From Candidatus Electrothrix sp. GW3-4 (GTDB lineage: Bacteria; Desulfobacterota; Desulfobulbia; Desulfobulbales; Desulfobulbaceae), in contig NZ_CP147990.1 in assembly GCF_037902255.1 (NCBI RefSeq), forward strand, positions 4,050,001-4,082,000: DNA of 32,000 nucleotides, given 5' to 3'. The notes below the pieces were generated by a model that worked only from the letters and a program-made list of their open reading frames with translations, made no database searches and had not been told where the DNA came from. Of this stretch, positions 8,501-16,893 are shown piece by piece. Each line of letters starts with the position of its first letter. Within the stretch, counting starts at the first letter, position 1. Both the position numbers and the translations under genes were made by a program.

Positions 8501-9946
8501 CGTAAGATAACTCCGCAGCAACGTGGGCACATGGTGGCTTGGCAGCAGGCCATGAAAAAATTCGGCAAAGGAACAGGAAAACATGCGCAGACCCATAAAG
8601 AAAATGCCCGTCGCCATCTGAATGCCAGCCGAGCCGCTATTCCGGTCTGGATTATGCCGCTCCATCGTGTTTACGAAACCGTGCCCGCGGAACCTGGCTT
8701 CTTTGATGTCGTTATCGTTGATGAGGCCTCACAATGCGGACCTGAGTCCTTACCCCTGCTTTACCTTGGGAAACAAATCCTTGCGGCGGGAGATGATAAA
8801 CAGATCAGCCCGGAGGCTGTGGGGATAAACCGGGAGCATGTGCAGCAGCATATGCAGAACGCCCTCTTTGATTTTGAGTATGCCGATTCCTTTGATGTGG
8901 ATTCCAGCCTTTTTGACCATGGTCTCCTCCGTTTTGGCAATCGAATCGTCTTGCAGGAACATTTTCGTTGTATGCCGGAGATCATCGCGTTCAGCAATAC
9001 CCATTTTTATCAGGATGATCCTCTGGTCCCTCTTCGCCAATATCTGCCAGACCGGCTCCCCCCCCTCAAGGCAGTTTTGGTCAAAAATGGCTCCCGGCAA
9101 GGACAGGGGCAACGAACTATCAATCAGCAGGAGGCCGAGGCCTTGGTTGCGGCTGTCGTCCAATGTTGCCAGGAGAAACGTTACCAGGGAAAAACAATGG
9201 GCGTTATCGTCCTTCAGGGGATAGCCCAGGCCTATCTGATCGAAGAATTATTAATCAGGACGCTTGGGGTCGAGGAAATGGGGCGGCGCAGGCTTATCTG
9301 CGGCAACTCCTCCAGTTTCCAGGGCGGTGAACGAGATATTATCTTTCTCAGTATGGTGACTGCTCCTGAGCAGAAAATCCGAGCCCTGACCAAGGCAGCA
9401 GAACAACATAAATTTAACGTGGCTGCCAGTCGTGCCCGCGAACAGATGTGGCTCTTTCACTCTGTTCAGGAAAGGCATCTGCGCCCTGAATGTTTACGAT
9501 ATAAATTGATAAAGCATTTTCATTGTTCAGCTATACAGCATGCTGGTATGGCACCGAGTGAACAGGATGAGTTGCGGACAGCAGCGCAGCAGGCCAACAG
9601 GGCTGTGGAGACCCCGCCGGCACCGTTTCAGAGTTGGCTGGAAGTGGATATGGCCCTCCATCTCGGGGAGATGGGATACAGGATTATCCCGCAATATGCC
9701 TTTGCTGGCAGAAAGATAGATCTGGTTATTCAGGGGCAGCGGGCCCAGTTGGCTGTTGCCTGTGATAGTGATCAATGGCAGGGGGCGGAGCTGTATCTTG
9801 CTGATTTGGAACACCAAGAAAAATTGAAAAGATGTGGCTGGCAGGTGTTCAGGATTCGGGCAAGCCGTTACTATGCAGATCCAGCCAAGGCCCTGGACCC
9901 CCTTGTCCAGGGCCTTGAGCAGTTGGAAATCTTTCCAGCGCCTTGA
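5516..9946 (+). CDS. Large SF1 (Upf1/DNA2-like, AAA_11/AAA_12) helicase with a long coiled-coil insertion and a C-terminal Vsr/DUF559-like endonuclease-fold domain
   Basis: Walker A is GPPGTGKSHT (nt 6676-6699) and motif II is VIVDEASQ (nt 8711-8734), about 2 kb later. Further helicase motifs are FRCMPEIIAFSN, GGERDIIFLSMV and NVAASRAREQMWLF. The C-terminus WLEVDMALHLGEMGYRIIPQYAFAGRKIDLVIQGQRAQLAVACDSDQW...WQVFRIRASRYY matches the DUF559/Vsr-like layout. The ORF opens at GTG 5459. I chose the first ATG at 5516, so the start is uncertain. Confidence 0.8.
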   Translation: MSNLTQNSAEKFVRLVRYLRALSAINAKTIRTLEQYQKKVLWLPLDAGVANVEQDKADDSLWIAVKRGEKPPLPPPPERCRKWIDKEALQNLDATPELRLPLDFMHTTPTAVNAQREETLYPEAFARREQQWQNYIEQQWKPWRDRCRRVLSHEKIYTDLFRLYQEQQKLGEQYEQLLCCGCLTWETQNREIVQRHLIVTEAAISFDPTSKRLAVYQTSPTPRVELDMLALEEQPQDAHTLIQENNQALEGNLRKKKEVDRVLNTLAQTLFTDPPGQYFPDRLQPEQNTPTEQPVITYAPALIMRKRSMHPLAHFLDKIQDQSPLSTALPEEFRHLCEMHSEETKSALKEEPAQDRTEEAIFFPLPSNQEQRRIATRLNKNSGILIQGPPGTGKSHTIANLICHLLAQGKRVLVTAQTTRALHVLHDLLPENIHPLCFNAAEQGRQEQADLEQKIKAILAAEKLRQAAENEHIQELEERIQAKQQARQTTEKKILELREQETQQHRMNQGHYSGTAAQIAKQVRKEKDAFSWFTDRITQDMSLPWSHQQLLFLRKYLRSTDAGAEKKLAGKELPQLKKKFPVHKVQEAFEKEEQARQAASLGRQRLQSGSGKMLFQAGKADRKAIEGIRDQLAGFTETVRELQRRPMPWIAPAVSDVLCGRNAVWQNLLQLSQEALQDLQKLIDRIDTLEVDISWEIDRKKLLQDALALKRHFKAGGRAGKWIFKPEIVRKHATLLSKIRIDGQPCNTLDALWKLVDYLLVDRKLYYVWHLWEGRAERSTGHFSLQFAEIEELLKTLQQVLALHKKRKLLEERLGSINGLNMPDWSDVSAVQSLLEDCQAALARLDFLWLGSSITHAQKTLSVFAQRSNAHPITKLVIKSLQKRDIETYQHLFTEIEDLNLKNNERVEKNHLLDELADIAPQLATQLRNGQERREWADRLGQLERAWAWAQAQDWLQTFLANDLESHHRQSQRLAQQIREELSALTAAKAWQHFFRKITPQQRGHMVAWQQAMKKFGKGTGKHAQTHKENARRHLNASRAAIPVWIMPLHRVYETVPAEPGFFDVVIVDEASQCGPESLPLLYLGKQILAAGDDKQISPEAVGINREHVQQHMQNALFDFEYADSFDVDSSLFDHGLLRFGNRIVLQEHFRCMPEIIAFSNTHFYQDDPLVPLRQYLPDRLPPLKAVLVKNGSRQGQGQRTINQQEAEALVAAVVQCCQEKRYQGKTMGVIVLQGIAQAYLIEELLIRTLGVEEMGRRRLICGNSSSFQGGERDIIFLSMVTAPEQKIRALTKAAEQHKFNVAASRAREQMWLFHSVQERHLRPECLRYKLIKHFHCSAIQHAGMAPSEQDELRTAAQQANRAVETPPAPFQSWLEVDMALHLGEMGYRIIPQYAFAGRKIDLVIQGQRAQLAVACDSDQWQGAELYLADLEHQEKLKRCGWQVFRIRASRYYADPAKALDPLVQGLEQLEIFPAP

Positions 9947-10104
9947 TCTGCTTTGCAGAGAAAAATCTTTCTCGACCAATCGAACCTTACGGAAAGATTA
10001 TGATTTACATTTACGCACAACCTGTTTAATTAATAATGATTAATTATAGTCTGTTCTCTAGAGCGGGAACAGCTGCGTAATGCATTTCGCAGATATACCT
10101 TCAC

Positions 10105-10182
10105 CCTGGCCCAGCAAGCCGGGACAACAAAACATGAAAGGTGGAAAGCCTGGCCAGCTTCGCCAACTACGTTCATATACAT
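10105..10182 (+). promoter_or_regulatory. Copy 1 of the repeated structured 5'-leader element (candidate cis-regulatory RNA)
   Basis: The first hairpin is CCTGGC-ccagcaa-GCCGGG. It is followed by the 20-mer ACAACAAAACATGAAAGGTG, which is identical to copy 2. Then come a small variable hairpin and the TTCATATACA box. ATGAA at 10134-10138 can pair with TTCAT at 10172-10176. The element lies 18 nt upstream of the ATG at 10200. Confidence 0.6.
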
Positions 10183-10199
10183 CAACCAAAGAGGACTGC

Positions 10200-10628
10200 A
10201 TGGACAAATTGACAAGAGAAGCCCATGAACATAGCAAAATTTTAGAGTCGATAGTTTTTTTTGAGAAATTTCTCAAGACCATTACCAGTGATGATGCTGA
10301 GAGTTATACAGCCCGCCTGCACCAATTTACCGATGAATACATTGTCCAGCACTTCAAGTTTGAGGAGCAGGAAATCTTCCCCATCATCCTCCAACAGGGC
10401 TCCCCGGCAGAAAGAAAGTTTATCGAAGAGCTCCAGGAGGATCATAAACGCATACTCGTTGCCCTGGCAGAGTTTAAGGCGGTTATATCACCGTATGATT
10501 CCCAACCAAACAAAGAGCAGGTCAAGACGATCATCAAGTCAAGTGAGGGGCTTATCAACCAGATTCTCGTTCATGCGCGCAAAGAGGATACACGTCTCTT
10601 CCCTGTCCTGAAAAAATATACGATATAG
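10200..10628 (+). CDS. Hemerythrin (HHE cation-binding) domain protein
   Basis: Two H-x3-E...FP signatures are present: HFKFEEQEIFP and HARKEDTRLFP, plus EDHKRIL. The ORF opens at 10080, but the extra 40 codons overlap the conserved leader element. I therefore prefer the ATG at 10200, which has AAGAGGA upstream. Confidence 0.75.
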   Translation: MDKLTREAHEHSKILESIVFFEKFLKTITSDDAESYTARLHQFTDEYIVQHFKFEEQEIFPIILQQGSPAERKFIEELQEDHKRILVALAEFKAVISPYDSQPNKEQVKTIIKSSEGLINQILVHARKEDTRLFPVLKKYTI

Positions 10629-10660
10629 CGTGGAATAATCACGCCAACAACGCCTATAAG

Positions 10661-11866
10661 TTACTGATCCCCTTGCTCTCCCAGTAGGGCATGCGCTTTT
10701 TCCAGCATTCTGATCAATTCTTCAGCAGGCATCCCTGCCTGCGCCGCAATCCCCTCCAGATCATATTGCCGGGCTACAGCCCCATTCAGTCCCGGCACCC
10801 AGGGCATATCCTGCCCGAGCATTCTGTAGCGACGCCGGGAGAATGCCAGCAGGTCCCAGCCACGGGCCAAATTATACAGCCATAAGATCATACCAATATT
10901 GATATAGCCCGGTGTCTGCTGCCAGGCAGGAAGGCTCGACCAGAGGGCATCAGGTCGGGAAAGGCCAGCCTCCTTCTCCATAAGTTCTTGCCACTGTTGG
11001 TAGATGCCCTGAACCATCTCATGATCATCCAGCCGAGACAAGGCATTGAGGTGATCCCCAAGTTCACTGGGCTGGGCAGCACCAATGCTGATGGTCTGCA
11101 CCTCAGGACGTTGCAGGCAGAAGAGATCATTAAACTGGATCGGGGAGAGAGGAGTGCAGATCTTTTTGAGGCATGCTGGCGGGGTGTGCAGCATCCCTCC
11201 CTTATCCGTAGGACTGATGATGAATACGCCCATGTTCTGGGCCGCTGCTGCTGCCAGGGCAGGGGTATTGCGTTGGTAGACCGTGTACCAGTGCAGGTTC
11301 ATATAATCAAAGCCGCCGTCTTCCTGGTGGGCAATGGCCTTGAGGAGGATGTCCACATCGCCATGGCCAGAGAAGCCTACCCAACCCACCTTGCCCTGGG
11401 CTTGCAGCTTACGGGCTGCGGCCAAACAACCGCCGGGCCTGCATACCTGCCAGAGACTCTGATGATTGTTCAGGCCATGCAGGGCCAGCAGGTCGACCCG
11501 TTCCTGCCCCAAGCGGTCGAGTGAGTCCAGGACATTGGCGGTAAACAGCTCCGGGTCGTCCTCTGGCCTGACCTTGGTTTGAAGGATAAAGGCGTCCCGT
11601 GGATACCGTTCCAGGATCGGGGCCAGTTGCCGTTCCGAGCTCCCATAGTTTCGGGCGGTTTCGAGATGGGTTATCCCGAGGCTAAGGGCCCTGTCCACCA
11701 GGTCAGCCAGCTCCTGTTGCCCCTGTTTCGCTATCTGATCAAGAGGGATGTCCTGGGGAGAATATCTGGAGCGCATCATTCCCAGAGAGAGGACAGGCAT
11801 CTCTAAACCGGTTCTGCCAAAGGTTCTTGTGGGGATCTTGTCTTGTGTGTGTTCTTGTTGCTTCAT
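10661..11866 (-). CDS. Aldo/keto reductase family oxidoreductase with C-terminal extension
   Basis: The N-terminal part matches the AKR pattern: TFGRTGLEMPVLSLG, LGITHLETARNYGSSE, LALHGLN. The start is uncertain: ATG at 11866 or TTG at 11923. Confidence 0.75.
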   Translation of the reverse strand: MKQQEHTQDKIPTRTFGRTGLEMPVLSLGMMRSRYSPQDIPLDQIAKQGQQELADLVDRALSLGITHLETARNYGSSERQLAPILERYPRDAFILQTKVRPEDDPELFTANVLDSLDRLGQERVDLLALHGLNNHQSLWQVCRPGGCLAAARKLQAQGKVGWVGFSGHGDVDILLKAIAHQEDGGFDYMNLHWYTVYQRNTPALAAAAAQNMGVFIISPTDKGGMLHTPPACLKKICTPLSPIQFNDLFCLQRPEVQTISIGAAQPSELGDHLNALSRLDDHEMVQGIYQQWQELMEKEAGLSRPDALWSSLPAWQQTPGYINIGMILWLYNLARGWDLLAFSRRRYRMLGQDMPWVPGLNGAVARQYDLEGIAAQAGMPAEELIRMLEKAHALLGEQGDQ

Positions 11867-12013
11867 CGGAGGAGTTTGCTGCTGAGGTGTTTTCGCACGG
11901 TAACCGAACGAGAAGTTTTGCAATGAATACGTTGCAATTTATTCGAATGATGAGGTAACCTCAAGTATTGCCCTTTACTATTGCCGATTAATGAAAAGAA
12001 ACCAAGCAAGAAT

Positions 12014-13462
12014 ATGAACACCTGTACACCGAACAGCCACATAGTTGATTCCAGATTTTACAGCGGCGGTTATACAACCATTGAGGCCCGCCGGATTTTC
12101 TGTGACCTCCGCCGCTACCAGCATTGGCTTGATGTGGAGGCGGCCTTGGCCCTGGCTCAGGCAGAACTGGGCATTATCCCCCAGGAGGCTGCTGAAAATA
12201 TCCAGCAGAATGCCCGGATCTGCCTGCTTGATCTTGATGGGATCAGACAGGGGTTACAGCTCACCAACCATTCCCTGATGCCCCTGCTTAAGGCCCTGTG
12301 CAAGGTCTGCGATGAGAAGGCAGGTCAGTTCATTCATTTTGGCGCCACGACCCAGGACATTCAGGACACGGCCCAGGTCCTGGAGCTCCGCAATGTCCTT
12401 TTGGTTGTGGAGCGTGATCTGCATACCATCATCAGCCTCCTGATGCAACGGGCAAGGCAATACCGTGATCTGGTGACCATTGGTCGAACCCACTCGCAGC
12501 ACGCCCTGCCCATGACCATAGGCCTGAAGATAGCTGGCTGGCTTGATGAGGTCTGGCGCAATGTGGAGCGATTGGAACAGGTAAAGGAGCGGCTCCTGGT
12601 CAGCCAGCTCTTTGGCGGTGTCGGTACGATGGATGCCTTTGGCGATAAGGCCTTACCCCTGCTGGACAGGTTTTCTGCCAAGTTAGGTCTGGCTGTCCCC
12701 AATGTGGCCTGGCATGCCTCCCGTGATCGTTTTGCTGAATTCCTTTCCTCATTGGCCATGATCGGTGGCTCCCTTGCCCGCATCGCCGATGAGATCCGTT
12801 GTCTGGCCCGCAATGAGATCCATGAAATGGAAGAGCCCTTCCATATGGGTAAGATCGGCAGCAGCACCATGCCCCATAAGCGAAACCCCGAGCTCTGCGA
12901 GCAGGTGGTGGTCCTCTCGAAACTGATCACCTCCAATGTCCCCTTGGGCTATGAGGGCCTGATCTGTGAACATGAGCGGGATTATCGCTCGGTGCGTCTG
13001 GAATGGGCCGCTCTCACGGACAGTTCTCTCTATACCTGTGGCCTGCTGGCCCTGATGAAGGATATCCTTGCTGATATGATGGTCCACGAGCAGAGGGTTC
13101 GCAGCAACGTGCTCAAGGCTGCTCCCTTGATCTCCACCGAGGCCCTGATGTTCTTCCTGGGAGAGACCATTGGCAAGCAGAATGCCCATACCCTGGTCTA
13201 TGAGGCATCCATGCAGGCTGTTGAGACTGGAAAGCCCGTACTGAATATCCTCATGGACGATCCAGATATAGCAGGCCATTTCAGCAGAGAGGAGATTGAA
13301 CAGGCCATTGCCCCGGAAAGGCATGTGGGCATGTCCCGGGAACTCACCGAGCAGACCATTACCTATGTGGAAACCCGGATGCAGGAGCGGGTGACACCTG
13401 CCGAGGATGCAGCAGCCTGCCCCTTATGTACAGAGCAGGAAGGGTGTCTATGTGTGATATAG
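12014..13462 (+). CDS. Adenylosuccinate lyase / 3-carboxymuconate cycloisomerase family (class II fumarate-lyase superfamily) protein
   Basis: The signature loop GSSTMPHKRNP is present, with TQDIQDT and TIGRTHSQHALP motifs. The ATG at 12014 is preferred over the TTG at 11981. Confidence 0.8.
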   Translation: MNTCTPNSHIVDSRFYSGGYTTIEARRIFCDLRRYQHWLDVEAALALAQAELGIIPQEAAENIQQNARICLLDLDGIRQGLQLTNHSLMPLLKALCKVCDEKAGQFIHFGATTQDIQDTAQVLELRNVLLVVERDLHTIISLLMQRARQYRDLVTIGRTHSQHALPMTIGLKIAGWLDEVWRNVERLEQVKERLLVSQLFGGVGTMDAFGDKALPLLDRFSAKLGLAVPNVAWHASRDRFAEFLSSLAMIGGSLARIADEIRCLARNEIHEMEEPFHMGKIGSSTMPHKRNPELCEQVVVLSKLITSNVPLGYEGLICEHERDYRSVRLEWAALTDSSLYTCGLLALMKDILADMMVHEQRVRSNVLKAAPLISTEALMFFLGETIGKQNAHTLVYEASMQAVETGKPVLNILMDDPDIAGHFSREEIEQAIAPERHVGMSRELTEQTITYVETRMQERVTPAEDAAACPLCTEQEGCLCVI

Positions 13463-13470
13463 CAGCCCCT

Positions 13471-13505
13471 CCCAACGGTGCTGTCCCCGGTTGGGTCTCC
13501 TTTTT
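13471..13505 (+). terminator. Candidate rho-independent terminator after the lyase gene
   Basis: The stem is CCCAACGG ... CCGGTTGGG (one bulge), followed by TCTCCTTTTT. Confidence 0.5.
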
Positions 13506-13529
13506 CCCGCCTGATAATCATCCTGCCTG

Positions 13530-14957
13530 CTACAGCAGAAGCAGCAGGATCGCTGGCAATACCCTGAACGTCTTTTTCTTCAGCAGCAAGGCATCATGGG
13601 CAGCAACCGAGATCTCCCCGCTTAACGTACCGGTACAGCTCAGACTCATGGCCGGTTTGGTCGCGCCGACCATGACACCGCCGCCGGAAAAGCCATACTG
13701 GCAATAGTTGCCCTCCAGGGTGTAGGCCTGCGCGGCATCTCCGGGATTGACCAGGACCAGGCCATTTGCATATTCCCGCTGATACAGGCTGTCCGTTCCC
13801 GGAACCAGCAGGGCGGAAAGCTCCTGGGTGGGCACGGCCGAATACGCACCCAGATTGATATCATATTCGGGCCACCAGGCCACGGATTGATCAGTGGCCG
13901 CATAATAGTAATACGAGGTGCTGTTCTTCAGGAGGAAGTAATTGGCTACCCACCATCTGCGCAGGGCCGTATTGCTCGTATCGTCATAATTGGGCTGGGC
14001 GATCAGGATTCTGCCGTTGCCGGTCAGATAACGCAGGATCCGGGATGCGGACAGCTCCCAATCTCCGCCCACCAGCCGGTTGTTCGCCTCTCCGCTGTCG
14101 GTCATAAATCCCTCCGACATCCCGCCGTCAATATAATCCAGATACTCCGGCACATACCACCCGGTCACCATTCGATCCACATTGGCAATGGCCAGGGCAT
14201 CGGCCTCGCCGTCATGGTAGGCCGCAGCGATATACTGCCAATAGGGCGTGGCCATGCTGTTCCACTCGTCGGCGTTCTCCCAAACATCTGCTGACCAACC
14301 CGCATTGAGCCACGGCTCATAGCCGAACCACATCGTTCCATCGCCCCCCATACCTCGGCCCGTATCATAGTCCGGCTCATAATCATACCAGGGGAAGTAG
14401 GCCACATCAAAGAAGGTGCCGTCAAAGCCCACCACTTCATTCCGATGCAGGGTTTCTTCGACCAGATAGGCCCTGAAACCGGCATGGCGGATGTCGGCAA
14501 GGTGGTATTCCAGGTTCCCGGCCCAGTAATGCTCAATCCGATGGGCCGGGTCATTAGTGGTCGTCCAGTGGAGATAATAGTCTTCCTCTGCTCCGGCCCC
14601 CGGGTACGCAGCAATATATGCCCGCATGGTTGCGATATCATCACTCCAGGTATTAGCGTCGGTGATATTGCCGCCGATGTCCACCCCGTAGGCCTTATGA
14701 TACTGGAGGACCAGGAAGTTCGGGTTATAGGCCCGGATCGAATCGATGCGATCCTTGGTCAGCTTTTGCGAGCCGACAAAGTTCTCAGCCACAAACTGAT
14801 CCTGGGCAGCACCCTCCGTTGCCAGCTGATCGGCCCAGACCAGGAGCTGACTGGTTGTGTTCGGTAAGGGGCGGGCTGCATGGCCTGTCTGCGCAGCGAC
14901 GAACAGGGCAGCGAGGGTCAGGAGGATGGATTTCATGGTGTGGGCGGATCTAGGCAT
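13530..14957 (-). CDS. Secreted protein, possibly a glycoside-hydrolase-like TIM-barrel (GHL15/GH114-like)
   Basis: The signal peptide is MPRSAHTMKSILLTLAALFVAAQTGHA, and AGGGAG lies 6 nt upstream of the ATG at 14957. The sequence is rich in Trp, Tyr and Asp. The family call comes from recollection only and is weak. Confidence 0.45.
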   Translation of the reverse strand: MPRSAHTMKSILLTLAALFVAAQTGHAARPLPNTTSQLLVWADQLATEGAAQDQFVAENFVGSQKLTKDRIDSIRAYNPNFLVLQYHKAYGVDIGGNITDANTWSDDIATMRAYIAAYPGAGAEEDYYLHWTTTNDPAHRIEHYWAGNLEYHLADIRHAGFRAYLVEETLHRNEVVGFDGTFFDVAYFPWYDYEPDYDTGRGMGGDGTMWFGYEPWLNAGWSADVWENADEWNSMATPYWQYIAAAYHDGEADALAIANVDRMVTGWYVPEYLDYIDGGMSEGFMTDSGEANNRLVGGDWELSASRILRYLTGNGRILIAQPNYDDTSNTALRRWWVANYFLLKNSTSYYYYAATDQSVAWWPEYDINLGAYSAVPTQELSALLVPGTDSLYQREYANGLVLVNPGDAAQAYTLEGNYCQYGFSGGGVMVGATKPAMSLSCTGTLSGEISVAAHDALLLKKKTFRVLPAILLLLL

Positions 14958-15442
14958 AGTGTTCTCCCTTGTCTGCACGTTATGTTCTCTGTTCTCAGGG
15001 ATGGATTTGTCCACCATACGCAGCAGGCTGTTGTTTGTCAATGAAACAACGGGCAGTTATTGGCTATTGCCTTGGAAGAGAGAGCGTCAACGTTCACATC
15101 CCGATACCTTCCCCTAGCGAACCTGCCCGGCTCTGCATTGTCAGAGGTATCACGGCAGACGCCCATCGGATATCCTTTTTCCTGCCATCCCAGCCTTTAC
15201 ATGGACCAGGGATGTGCTGTGGGACAGGTTATGCCCGGTACTCGGGCGTTCTTCCCGATAAAATGAGCTTGTCCCCCTATTGTCCGGGTCGGAATAACCA
15301 TGTTATTTATTAACAAATAAGAAAAAATCAAAAAACATAACACCAACGTGACAGATTGATCTCTGTGATGATCAGGCAGGTAAAGGGCTTGCCTCCTGTC
15401 CACCAGGCTGTTGAATTGAATGAACTGAAAATAAGGAGAAAA

Positions 15443-16633
15443 ATGAAAATTCTATTAAGCAGCATCACCCTGCTGCTGGTCATCCTTGCAGGAACGGTGC
15501 AGGCAGGACAGCAAGACATGAAAGATCTCGGTGCCGAGGTGATTCAAACGGCCTTCTCCAAGCTGCGATTCTCCAGGGTCACAGCTGCCAATATCGCCTG
15601 CCTGACCAATGCCGGTTATGTACAGCATAAAGGAAAAAACACCCTGATGTTATACGATGTACTCCAGGACCACACAGGGATCAGCCTGGGTCGGGGCAAC
15701 CTGCTCCCCATGTACAGCGGGCCATACCAGCCACTCTGGTTCGCCTTTGTCTATAAAAGAATGCCGGGAGAGCTCCTCCTTACCTATGTTGTCGTCAAGG
15801 AGGAAGGAGCAGAGGCTACCAAGCCCATCAATATCTATGTGCATAGGCACCAGTCCTTTGCGCCCTTTACAGAACTACTCGGAGAAAAAGCACTTCCTAT
15901 AATCACTATGGCGAACGGCTGGGCCGACGGAATGCCGGAAGACCTTCTCCAGGGTGCCCTGTATCATGACCAGTTCTGTAGAGGAGTCCTCACCGGATAC
16001 TTCACGGCCCGTTTTATCCAGAAGCATTTTTCCCTGATCACTATGACCAATAGCTGGGACGATGCGACGCCTGAGGACCTGCTGCAGGGTACCCTGTCGC
16101 ATGACCATTTCTGCAGCGGGGCCATTACTGGCTATCTCACGGCCCGTTTTATCCTCAATACCTTCCCTCTCCGCAAAGGAGAGCAGTATACCTATATTGG
16201 GGTTCCAGGATGGTGCCGGGATGATTATCTCCTCCATTACCTCAACTTGAGCCCAGGAGAACGCGGCTATTACCTCATGTCTTCTCCCAAGCCCTGGCTG
16301 AAGACGAAACAGAAAGAGAAGAACGACGGCATTGTCATCCGCTTCAATAGCCAGGAGAACACCGGGCAGGCCGCAGCGCTCCGTTTTGACCGGCATGAAG
16401 ATGCCTTCCGGGAGTTCATCGGTGAACCAAAACTGGAGCTGGACTGGAAGAAGGAGCCTTGGCTGCATGTCTGGTACAACCGCTTTTTCCTCAGCCATCG
16501 CGATGAACCGAAGTACTTTGTCTCGGTGGTGAAGACAAAGGACCTGGAGAGCAAAGAGGAATTTGAGGCGCTGGTCGCCCCAGGCACGAATCCGCTGGAG
16601 GTGATCATTGGAGAGAATGCCTCCAGGAACTGA
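15443..16633 (+). CDS. Periplasmic FmdE-like domain protein with an internal 45-aa tandem duplication
   Basis: AAGGAG lies upstream of the ATG at 15443. The signal peptide is MKILLSSITLLLVILAGTVQA. There are two copies of an FmdE-type H-[DG]-[QH]-F-C-x-G-x-[LI]-TGY motif: YHDQFCRGVLTGY and SHDHFCSGAITGY. Confidence 0.6.
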   Translation: MKILLSSITLLLVILAGTVQAGQQDMKDLGAEVIQTAFSKLRFSRVTAANIACLTNAGYVQHKGKNTLMLYDVLQDHTGISLGRGNLLPMYSGPYQPLWFAFVYKRMPGELLLTYVVVKEEGAEATKPINIYVHRHQSFAPFTELLGEKALPIITMANGWADGMPEDLLQGALYHDQFCRGVLTGYFTARFIQKHFSLITMTNSWDDATPEDLLQGTLSHDHFCSGAITGYLTARFILNTFPLRKGEQYTYIGVPGWCRDDYLLHYLNLSPGERGYYLMSSPKPWLKTKQKEKNDGIVIRFNSQENTGQAAALRFDRHEDAFREFIGEPKLELDWKKEPWLHVWYNRFFLSHRDEPKYFVSVVKTKDLESKEEFEALVAPGTNPLEVIIGENASRN

Positions 16634-16659
16634 TCGGTTAGCGGTAATTCTCCTGCTCT

Positions 16660-16737
16660 CCTGGCATTGCCATCATGCTCCCCGCCCTGGCCTTTAACTT
16701 GGGTGGGGATGCGCTTCAGGAGCGGTATCACCGCTAG
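16660..16737 (+). pseudogene. Remnant of the 3' end of an ABC-transporter permease (DppC/OppC/NikC type), copy A
   Basis: It translates to PGIAIMLPALAFNLGGDALQERYHR*, the hallmark C-terminus of binding-protein-dependent permeases. An in-frame TAA lies only 5 codons upstream, so no intact gene is attached. Confidence 0.6.
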
Positions 16738-16893
16738 TCCTGCAAAAAGGTGATTTCATCAGGGTTAGTCCATGATTCGGATGAAGTTTCTGTTTACTCT
16801 TTCCTGCTTCCATGTTAATCGCAAGATGAAGGAGACAATAGCGTCGAAGGCCACGAATGCATTTTTCCGAAAAAGGATTTTCAATCATTTGAA

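Noticed and set aside
10080-10199. The N-terminal extension of the hemerythrin ORF (MHFADIPS...MKGGKPG...), and the analogous extension of the TP-methylase ORF from 24863.
   Set aside because: The extra codons are simply the conserved leader element read in frame. The third copy is read in a different frame and terminates. The real domains start at downstream ATGs that have their own SD sequences.
13530-13610. The C-terminal tail ...LLLKKKTFRVLPAILLLLL of the secreted glycosidase-like protein as a PEP-CTERM or other sorting signal.
   Set aside because: There is no PEP (or LPXTG, or GlyGly-CTERM) motif. The order is also basic-then-hydrophobic, the reverse of known C-terminal sorting tags. 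It remains unexplained.
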